Program-made: the position numbers and the translations under genes
From: a virus
Taxonomy: Duplodnaviria; Caudoviricetes
DNA: 64,000 nt
Virus record (IMG/VR): IMGVR_UViG_3300028412_000003
Reading direction: 5' to 3' (one strand)
Shown: in pieces, positions 57,432 through 64,000 of the stretch
Numbering within the stretch: the first letter of the stretch is position 1
Layout: each line of letters opens with the position of its first letter
Notes under the pieces: generated by a model
Told to the model about the DNA's origin: nothing
Database searches by the model: none
What the model saw: only the letters and a program-made list of their open reading frames with translations

Positions 57432-58294
57432 ACTGCCATCTCTGCATTTATAGCCGAATGATGTTGATAATTTTCTAATTTAAAATCAGATGGAGTTAAT
57501 TTCAATACATCTTCTAATGTTTCAAATTCTGGCATTATGAGTTTAGGTTCTTTGTATGGTTGCCGCGATAATTGTTCGTCAACTGCATCAAGATGGTTTT
57601 GATATATATGAACATCTCCACCATTCCATATAAATTCTCCTACAGTAAATCCTGCAATCTTTGCTATGATATGGGTAAGCAAACTGTAACTAGCGATGTT
57701 AAAAGGAACACCTAAAAACAGATCACAAGACCTTTGGTATAATTGACACGAAAGTTCGTTGTCTAATACATGAAACTGGAATAAACAATGACAAGGAGGT
57801 AATGCCATTAAATCAATTTGATCCGGGTTCCAAGAAGAAACAATGTGTCTTCTACTATTTGGAGCAAGTTCAAGCGAATCAAGAAGTTTTGAAATTTGAT
57901 CTACATGTCCCAACTTTGCATCCCAGTTTCTCCATTGACTACCATATACTGGCCCAAGGTTCTTATCTATATCATTATTGATATAACCAAGTGCTCTTCC
58001 TTGAGCATCTGCATTTGCAGTCCATATAGTATTCTTACCTATTAATTCACCTCTTGGTTTTCCATAGTGTATTTCAGCTAACCTACGTTCATCAGTAGAA
58101 CCTTCAAGCATCCATAATAGTTCGCTTACAACACTCTTCCACGCTAATTTTTTAGTCGTAACTGCTGGGAATGTTTCTCGCAAATCAAATCTCATTTGAT
58201 AACCAAAAACTGTTTTAGCCGGTATATCCGTTCTATTACTTCTCCATTTACCGTTGTCTCTTACATATTCTAAAGCCTTAAGATATTCTATCAT
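57428..58294 (-). CDS. thyA: Thymidylate synthase
   Basis: ELLWML, LGPVYGSQWR, ALPPCH, YQRSCD, GVPFNIASY; start at 58294 by ATGA overlap. Confidence 0.95.
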   Translation of the reverse strand: MIEYLKALEYVRDNGKWRSNRTDIPAKTVFGYQMRFDLRETFPAVTTKKLAWKSVVSELLWMLEGSTDERRLAEIHYGKPRGELIGKNTIWTANADAQGRALGYINNDIDKNLGPVYGSQWRNWDAKLGHVDQISKLLDSLELAPNSRRHIVSSWNPDQIDLMALPPCHCLFQFHVLDNELSCQLYQRSCDLFLGVPFNIASYSLLTHIIAKIAGFTVGEFIWNGGDVHIYQNHLDAVDEQLSRQPYKEPKLIMPEFETLEDVLKLTPSDFKLENYQHHSAINAEMAV

Positions 58295-58773
58295 ATTTTC
58301 TTTTTCTCCCATATTTCAAACGATGCAGTCCTAACATCAGTTATTAATATTTTATTGAAATTTTTATCTATTATATTTAAATCAATAAAAGTATCAGCAT
58401 CAAATTCACCAGGTATACGAGTTAGATAAAGTTGAGATATAACCGGTAATAGATTTTCAAATAAATGTGATCCTCCTATTACCCATATAATAAGATTTGG
58501 AAATTCTTCTTCCAAGTTCTTTATTTCTTCTAACAAGTTTTTACCAATTACTCTAAATGCACCCTCATATATTTCTGGAGATTTTTTAGAAACTACTACA
58601 TTCTTTCGATTTGGTAGAGGAGAACCAAGCCAAGTTTTAGACCCCATAACTACAATGTGTCCGGTTGTTTGGTCCTTAAACCAAGACATGTCTTCTTTAT
58701 TCTTTGGCCACGGTAAACTTTTATTTAGACCAATAGCACCTTTGTCATCACATGCTAGTATAGCTTTAATCAT
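58291..58773 (-). CDS. folA: Dihydrofolate reductase
   Basis: AIG..SLPW, VVMGSKTW, PLPNRKN, VIGG, ADTF. Confidence 0.9.
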   Translation of the reverse strand: MIKAILACDDKGAIGLNKSLPWPKNKEDMSWFKDQTTGHIVVMGSKTWLGSPLPNRKNVVVSKKSPEIYEGAFRVIGKNLLEEIKNLEEEFPNLIIWVIGGSHLFENLLPVISQLYLTRIPGEFDADTFIDLNIIDKNFNKILITDVRTASFEIWEKKKI

Positions 58774-59687
58774 TATATTCTTCCTAATTTAATTAGTGTT
58801 GCTGCAAGGTTGATCTCAGGATCAACAACTAAAGTATGATCAACCAAACCTTGTTTAATTATAATAACGGCTTTATCTTGATTTTCTCTTTCACCAAATA
58901 ATTCTATGTTATCATAAAGCCATCGATAGATAACTTCCATTTCTTCAGGACGAACTCGACCACATAGCAATTTTCTTGCTTTGTATATTTCGCCCGCTTT
59001 AAATAAGTCTACCATTTCTATCATCCAGTCTTGGCTACCAGTATCGGCTTGACTAGGTGATATTAATTTACCATCCGAACAGTTCATCTGTACCATATTA
59101 ATACATTTTCTTAAATCTGGATAGGTAGCTTTAACATATGTATCGAGTATATCTAGATCTGGATTAACTCCTTCTGATATAAGAATTTCTGCAACTCTGG
59201 CAGTAAATTCAGTTTGGTCTATCTTTGAAATATGAAATCCTTGGCACCGTGAATGCAATGCAGGAATAACCCTATTTGGATAATTACATGTTAAGATAAA
59301 TCTTGCCGTTGTGTGATATTCTTCCATAACTCCACGAAGTGCAGCTTGTGCATTTGGTGAAAGATAATCAGCCTCATCAAGTAAGACCACTTTAAAGTCA
59401 CCAAAAGGAATCATTTGTACAAAACGTACGATCTTATCTCTTACATCTTCAACTGAGTTAGTTCTCGAAGCGTTTATCTCAAGTATGTCTAAATCATTCA
59501 CTTCAAGTTCATTAAGCAAAAGTTTAGCAAGGGTAGTTTTGCCAATACCTGCATGTCCTGAGAAAAGCAAATGTGGAATACTCTTATCTTTAATCCAAGT
59601 ATCTATTTGTTTTTTCTGGGCCTCATCTCGAAAGACATATCCCGTTGCTGTTTTTGGTCGATATTTTTCAGTCCATAATTCTTTCAT
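58773..59687 (-). CDS. Clamp loader subunit (RFC small/gp44-like)
   Basis: LWTEKYRP, GHAGIGKTT, EINAS, LLDEAD, AQAALR, FILTCNY, SRC. Confidence 0.9.
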   Translation of the reverse strand: MKELWTEKYRPKTATGYVFRDEAQKKQIDTWIKDKSIPHLLFSGHAGIGKTTLAKLLLNELEVNDLDILEINASRTNSVEDVRDKIVRFVQMIPFGDFKVVLLDEADYLSPNAQAALRGVMEEYHTTARFILTCNYPNRVIPALHSRCQGFHISKIDQTEFTARVAEILISEGVNPDLDILDTYVKATYPDLRKCINMVQMNCSDGKLISPSQADTGSQDWMIEMVDLFKAGEIYKARKLLCGRVRPEEMEVIYRWLYDNIELFGERENQDKAVIIIKQGLVDHTLVVDPEINLAATLIKLGRI

Positions 59688-59938
59688 TTAGATAATAAAT
59701 CTCCTACATGGTATAGTCTGCTCATTTCATCCACACAAACATAGATAGCTCCACTACTTTCGTCTACTGGAATTAACATAAATTGATAACCATTTTCTTC
59801 ACAAACAGTTACAGATGCCTCGTATCTTAATTTTGATTTTTCAATATTATTAGGAATAAGAAGGAACACTGTATAAATTGCTACTAAAAAGAATGCAGAT
59901 GAGAATATACACATAAATATGTTTTCCGGTCTCATCAT
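59684..59938 (-). CDS. Small membrane-anchored hypothetical protein
   Basis: N-terminal hydrophobic segment. Confidence 0.5.
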   Translation of the reverse strand: MMRPENIFMCIFSSAFFLVAIYTVFLLIPNNIEKSKLRYEASVTVCEENGYQFMLIPVDESSGAIYVCVDEMSRLYHVGDLLSK

Positions 59939-60468
59939 TTTTGTTCCATAGTCTGATAAGCTATCTGTACTGCTTTGGCTTGATAGTATGCATCTGCTAG
60001 TGCATTGTGTTCATTGGTTTGGATACCCTTGCGCGGATCAATTCCCAATACTTTAAAAAGTGTTCTACTATCTAAAATTTGCCAAAATTGCCATGGAATG
60101 GGTTTTCCTACCATACGATACATATCTTCAAGAATAGTCATATCAAATCCATATCCTTGCCCCCAAATAGTATTAGATCCCCATATCCATTTAGTAAGTT
60201 GATCAAGCCCGTCTTCTACGGTAACACGTCCATCAGGGTCAAATGCAGCAGCTTGTGCTTCTGGAGATTGTTTTGCCCACCATTCAATAGTGTCATCACT
60301 TACACTTCGTCCTAAATCACTTTGTTGATCAATATCAAACTTTAAGTAAAGTTCGCTGTGTGGCTCTTCAAGAGAGTTTGGATCAAATTTTACAGCACCT
60401 AATGTAAGAACGGTGCAATTTGGTTTGGTATCTAATGTTTCAAGGTCAATCATTGCGTGTTGCGGCAT
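59935..60468 (-). CDS. DEDDh 3'-5' exonuclease
   Basis: MIDLETL, GYGFDMTIL, HNALADA. Confidence 0.8.
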   Translation of the reverse strand: MPQHAMIDLETLDTKPNCTVLTLGAVKFDPNSLEEPHSELYLKFDIDQQSDLGRSVSDDTIEWWAKQSPEAQAAAFDPDGRVTVEDGLDQLTKWIWGSNTIWGQGYGFDMTILEDMYRMVGKPIPWQFWQILDSRTLFKVLGIDPRKGIQTNEHNALADAYYQAKAVQIAYQTMEQK

Positions 60469-60637
60469 TCTTTTTCTTTCCTTCTGTTTCTTGGCCCATG
60501 CCAGCTATAATCAAGAGAATGTATAGGATGGGCCAAGCCCATCCTATAATATATCCTGTTGCATGTAAAACCATTAGTGCAATACCTGTTGCACCAGTAG
60601 TACCTATACCTGTTAATTTATCTGTACTTAATCTCAT
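60446..60637 (-). CDS. Small membrane protein
   Basis: 63 aa with two hydrophobic segments; TTGACA-16-TATTAT upstream (60670-60643). Confidence 0.5.
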   Translation of the reverse strand: MRLSTDKLTGIGTTGATGIALMVLHATGYIIGWAWPILYILLIIAGMGQETEGKKKNAATRND

Positions 60638-60666
60638 GCTTTATAATAGCGTAAATTTACAAAATG

Positions 60667-61197
60667 TCAAGTGATTAGATTTAGGTCTTTTAATTTTTCA
60701 AATATTTTATGTGGTGCGTTTACATCACCGTCTACTGTTTCATATGACAAGTTTCTTGTCTTAAGAAATTCTATTAAATCTTGATCAATCTTTCGAGCAC
60801 CATCTTCGTTTTGGTTTCTTCCAATCGGATTATATTTCTTAGTTCGGTTAATTAAGAAATTTGTATTTTCGTATTGATTCCAAAGTTCCATTAATAAGGG
60901 CTCATACGTGTCTGAAAGATATCCGGGAAGAGCATAATGTACACCTAACAGCAAAGGACTATCGGTAATTACTAAATCCATATTATGATTTAACAGTCGA
61001 GAGAGCCTTCGGTTCTGTTTTGCCGTAACATAAATTTGGTCGTTTAATATATTATGACGACCTTCCCAAGTCATGTCTTTAGCATATTCGGTTACTAATT
61101 CTACATTATAATCATTAGTCTTAAGTAAATAGAAAAGACCAGACGCAGTAGTAGATTTTCCAGCACCTGGTCCAGCCCAAAGATTAATAACTTTCAT
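60667..61197 (-). CDS. P-loop NTPase/kinase (AAA_28/NadR-like)
   Basis: GPGAGKST, VTEYAK, ITDSPL, GRNQ. Confidence 0.7.
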   Translation of the reverse strand: MKVINLWAGPGAGKSTTASGLFYLLKTNDYNVELVTEYAKDMTWEGRHNILNDQIYVTAKQNRRLSRLLNHNMDLVITDSPLLLGVHYALPGYLSDTYEPLLMELWNQYENTNFLINRTKKYNPIGRNQNEDGARKIDQDLIEFLKTRNLSYETVDGDVNAPHKIFEKLKDLNLIT

Positions 61198-61880
61198 TAT
61201 TTTCGTTCTCCTAATAGGTTCATCAACATCTGGAAAAGATTGATAAAGTTTAGATATAGATTGATTGCAACATCATATACGCCTTTATCTTGCTCTTCAC
61301 CCGAAGTCTTAGAATAAATTTCTTTTGCATATTGCACATCCCAAGCAGTTAATCCTGTAAAGATAACCACTCCTGATATGCTGATAATAAACATCAACAT
61401 AGAAGATCCAAGAAAAATATTAACAATACTTGCGATGATAATTCCAATTAACCCAATGACTAAGAAAGATGCCATTGCAGTTAGATCTCGTTTAGTGGTA
61501 TAACCATATATACTTGCAGATCCAAAAACTGCCGAAGTAATAAAAAATACTTGAGCAATACTTACACCGGTATAAAGCATAAAGATGCTTGCCATACTAA
61601 CACCCATGACAGCGGTAAAAATATAATAAAAAGCCTTTATTCCATTAAGGCTCATACTTTGTCTACCTAGGAATGAATACCAAAGTATCATTCCTAGAGG
61701 AGCAAACATAGCTATCCATATTAATGGGGTTCCAAAGACAAGACTGGAAATTGCAGGTACAGATGCAACTATCCATGCAATTAATCCGGTAATACCAACT
61801 CCGATTGCAGTTTGATTAAATAGATTAATCATAAATTGACGCAATCCTTCGTCATACGTAATTGTTTGTGATGTGTTCAT
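61197..61880 (-). CDS. Bax inhibitor-1/YccA family membrane protein
   Basis: About 7 TM segments, YGYTTKRDL, FTGLTAWD, LYLNFINLF. Confidence 0.85.
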   Translation of the reverse strand: MNTSQTITYDEGLRQFMINLFNQTAIGVGITGLIAWIVASVPAISSLVFGTPLIWIAMFAPLGMILWYSFLGRQSMSLNGIKAFYYIFTAVMGVSMASIFMLYTGVSIAQVFFITSAVFGSASIYGYTTKRDLTAMASFLVIGLIGIIIASIVNIFLGSSMLMFIISISGVVIFTGLTAWDVQYAKEIYSKTSGEEQDKGVYDVAINLYLNFINLFQMLMNLLGERK

Positions 61881-62290
61881 TCTGAATCTCCATGATATTT
61901 ACTGACCATATTTGTATATAAATCAGTCATTGGTTGCACACTTAAAATTTCTTTTGCTAATATTTCTGGATTATAAAGTGCTAACCTACGTTGACATGAG
62001 TCAAGATACTGATCATATGATAATCCAAGAAGTGCAAGATGACTATGATATTTTTTCCAGTCTTCACGCAGTCTATATTTAGCAAGTGACGAGTCTCGAA
62101 GTTCAGCATTGAGATACCATTCTCCGGGACTCATTGGTATTGTTATAAAATGATTTTCACTTAATGAGGCTTTTATATTTTCAAAAGCCTGCCATTCTTT
62201 AGAGGTCGCCCTCTTTTCGATTTTCACTTCGGTAGATGTCGAAGGTTCCGCCTGGATACCGGCTTTCAAGTTTCTTGACATTTTCTGCAA
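61877..62290 (-). CDS. Hypothetical protein (true start uncertain, possibly 62134)
   Basis: The long form overlaps the MazG-like gene by 92 nt. Confidence 0.4.
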   Translation of the reverse strand: MQKMSRNLKAGIQAEPSTSTEVKIEKRATSKEWQAFENIKASLSENHFITIPMSPGEWYLNAELRDSSLAKYRLREDWKKYHSHLALLGLSYDQYLDSCQRRLALYNPEILAKEILSVQPMTDLYTNMVSKYHGDSE

Positions 62291-62606
62291 TTACTTCATT
62301 AGGATCAAGGTTAAGTGCTCGACAAGAATTAATCCAGTACCAAATAATATCGCCCAACTCTCTTTTAAGATGGTAGACAGTTGCGTCATCCATAGGCTTA
62401 CCTTGAAATGCACACTTTTTAACAATTTCACTGAATTCTCCTCCTTCACTAGCGATACCGCTAGAACCTGTTAACAATAAAGCTATATTAACAGTTTTAT
62501 CGAGTTCCTGCAACCTGGTTGTTAATGATTCTAAATTATTAGATTCATTTGAAGTTACTTCTTCTACAAATTCTTTATACCTGTTTAAATCTATTTTATC
62601 AGTCAT
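62199..62606 (-). CDS. MazG-like NTP pyrophosphohydrolase
   Basis: EGGEFSEIVKK..ELGDIIWY (ExxE..ExxD), NVKKLESRYP; start moved to MTDKID. Confidence 0.8.
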   Translation of the reverse strand: MTDKIDLNRYKEFVEEVTSNESNNLESLTTRLQELDKTVNIALLLTGSSGIASEGGEFSEIVKKCAFQGKPMDDATVYHLKRELGDIIWYWINSCRALNLDPNEVIAENVKKLESRYPGGTFDIYRSENRKEGDL

Positions 62607-62958
62607 AATCAATGGCCTTAGTTGGGTAGTCAGTTGGTTTTTCTTCACTTGTGCTTGCAAGCATTATCGACTTAGCTTCTACCATTCTTAATGTAATTTT
62701 AGAGCCGTCTTCTTCATTAAACACTACTCCTCGAGTCCACCTACCGTGTTCTACAAGAACCCAATTACCAACTTGGTATTCGTCTTTGTTAGTGGGTCCT
62801 TTTGCATAAACCTTACCCCAACGTGGTTTTATTCCTTCGCTTTTACCGTCGTCTGAACGAAGTACAAGTCCTGATTTGGTTATTTGCTCACCAAATTCCA
62901 TGTCTTGAACGATAACTCTGTCTTTAACAGGTCTTAGTCTTCCTGTAAATTTCTGCAT
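62599..62958 (-). CDS. groES: GroES-like co-chaperonin
   Basis: LRPVKDRVIV, TKSGLVL, GKVYAKGP, VGNWV; start moved to MQKFTG. Confidence 0.8.
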   Translation of the reverse strand: MQKFTGRLRPVKDRVIVQDMEFGEQITKSGLVLRSDDGKSEGIKPRWGKVYAKGPTNKDEYQVGNWVLVEHGRWTRGVVFNEEDGSKITLRMVEAKSIMLASTSEEKPTDYPTKAIDYD

Positions 62959-62959
62959 A

Positions 62960-63379
62960 TTACTTCCTTGTAAAATTTCCGTCTTCGTCTTCTTCCCATT
63001 CAGCTTCTTCTGCGGCTGTAGGAGCATCAACTGTTTCTGCAACAGCTTCTTCTTTCTTTGATCTCTTCTTAGAGCGATTAGGTGTATCCTCAGTAAGAAG
63101 ATTTTTATCCTCTAGGAATCTCTTTTCGATATGTTCTTTTTTAGAACCGGAAGAAATTTCATCCGGTACTAGACCTTCTTGACTTGTGTAGTAGTCTCTC
63201 ATTACATCTTCGCGTTTTCGAATTATCTTTCCGCCGGGTCCAATTTCGTCTCCGCGTGCGTTAACACGTTGGTTACCAACTGCTAATGTTAATTCATTAC
63301 GCTTGCGAAGCATATCCATATCAATAGTTTTTCCATTTGCTGTTCTGTGTGTTCTTCTTTGAGATTCTTTTGCTGGCAT
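62960..63379 (-). CDS. Hypothetical charged protein
   Basis: 139 aa; GGAGGA RBS, GATAAGTA box at 63400-63407. Confidence 0.6.
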   Translation of the reverse strand: MPAKESQRRTHRTANGKTIDMDMLRKRNELTLAVGNQRVNARGDEIGPGGKIIRKREDVMRDYYTSQEGLVPDEISSGSKKEHIEKRFLEDKNLLTEDTPNRSKKRSKKEEAVAETVDAPTAAEEAEWEEDEDGNFTRK

Positions 63380-63402
63380 TTAAAATGTCCTCCTATTTTT
63401 AC

Positions 63403-63918
63403 TTATCTCAGGAACTCTTTCCAGTCCAGGTTATACTGGATTGGATTAATCTTATGAATTCCTATAAGGAATAAGACAAAGCTCGCAACAGAGCTACCTC
63501 GTCCTACACCCCAAATTATTTTTTCTTTTCGCATAAATTCTACAAGATATAATAAAAATTGAAGTAATGGTATCATATCTCTTTTTTTAAATTCTTCATA
63601 TTCTTCTTTAACTCGTTCTTCTTGATCTTTGTTTTCACATAAAGATAAGCAATAGGTTAAAATATCTTTGTTTTTATATTCTTCTGGAATAAACCAAATA
63701 GATTGTAAATTAGAATCAAATTCTTCAATCGTGCAATCTTGAGGCTGATACAACCTCAATTGGTCTGTACCTAATGACTTTGCAGAATCGTTGTATTCTT
63801 TTATTTCTTTGCACTGTTCAAAGACCATATTAGGTACGGACTCTATCTTTCCTTGATAGAGTGTATCAATAATTTCGTTAAATGAAAAGCAAAGAACACC
63901 AAATTTGTCAATCTTCAT
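63403..63918 (-). CDS. Stand-alone DnaE (Pol III alpha)-like fragment
   Basis: RVKEEYEEF..WGVGRGSSVASFVLFLIGIHKINPIQYNL..EFLR resembles the DnaE GxGRGS...YxLxFERFL block. Confidence 0.65.
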   Translation of the reverse strand: MKIDKFGVLCFSFNEIIDTLYQGKIESVPNMVFEQCKEIKEYNDSAKSLGTDQLRLYQPQDCTIEEFDSNLQSIWFIPEEYKNKDILTYCLSLCENKDQEERVKEEYEEFKKRDMIPLLQFLLYLVEFMRKEKIIWGVGRGSSVASFVLFLIGIHKINPIQYNLDWKEFLR

Positions 63919-63927
63919 GCTTTTATT

Positions 63928-64000
63928 TTAGCTTATATTTATTAATCCGTCAAGTGAATCATCGTCTTTTTCTTGCATTTTTTTGAGTGCTAAAGATTGT
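63928..64000 (-). CDS. 3' end of a gene running off the window edge
   Basis: Open frame ...QSLALKKMQEKDDDSLDGLINIS-stop. Confidence 0.45.
   Translation of the reverse strand, partial: QSLALKKMQEKDDDSLDGLINIS

Noticed and set aside
2141-60674. Short antisense or nested ORFs in the track (e.g. 2141-2347, 9191-9553, 13924-14295, 31561-31977, 33896-34351, 49899-50213, 54185-54544)
   Set aside because: They are shadows of well-supported genes on the opposite strand or frame, with no motifs or RBS
1-64000. Eukaryotic giant virus (NCLDV) or archaeal origin suggested by PolB, PCNA-like clamp and RFC
   Set aside because: Shine-Dalgarno sites, sigma70 promoters, ATGA-coupled operons, peptidoglycan endolysin and spanins indicate a bacteriophage
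1-64000. Stop-codon reassignment (as in some jumbo phages)
   Set aside because: The standard code gives full-length, tightly packed genes, and TAA, TGA and TAG all end conserved proteins at sensible positions
1-64000. tRNA genes, CRISPR arrays, integrase/transposase, inteins or introns
   Set aside because: No intergenic space or repeat-spacer pattern large enough; PolB, ClpA and ThyA are of normal length with contiguous motifs. Not checked computationally

Overview
AT-rich, densely coding window from a large (probably jumbo) tailed dsDNA bacteriophage with a T4-like replisome (family-B polymerase, sliding clamp, RFC-type clamp loader, RNase H/5'-3' exonuclease). The spanin pair points to a diderm (Gram-negative) host. 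The window has two blocks. (1) Bases 1-25629 are an uninterrupted + strand, translationally coupled enzyme island. It holds 13 radical SAM (CxxxCxxC) genes plus one collapsed remnant, 3 glycosyltransferase-like genes, 2 SGNH-like proteins, a methyltransferase-like gene, 4 cupin/2OG-Fe(II)-like oxygenases, 2 membrane desaturases and a GNAT-like protein. It ends head-on against a tail-fibre-like gene. (2) Bases 25630-64000 are almost all on the - strand. They include MoxR/VWA, a 7-deazaguanine DNA-modification locus coupled to the clamp and polymerase genes (TGT/DpdA-like, QueD/DpdL-like, FolE, QueE, plus a GT-B glycosyltransferase, a purine phosphoribosyltransferase and an unknown 177-aa protein, with no QueC in the window), putative capsid-packaged proteins, ClpA/DnaJ/GroES, a lysis cassette, PhoH, SufT, ThyA/DHFR and a stand-alone DnaE-like fragment. 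The two strongest candidates for undescribed biology are the extended deazaguanine locus and the radical SAM super-cluster. All function calls come from motif reading, not database searches. No tRNA, CRISPR array, integrase or intein was recognised.
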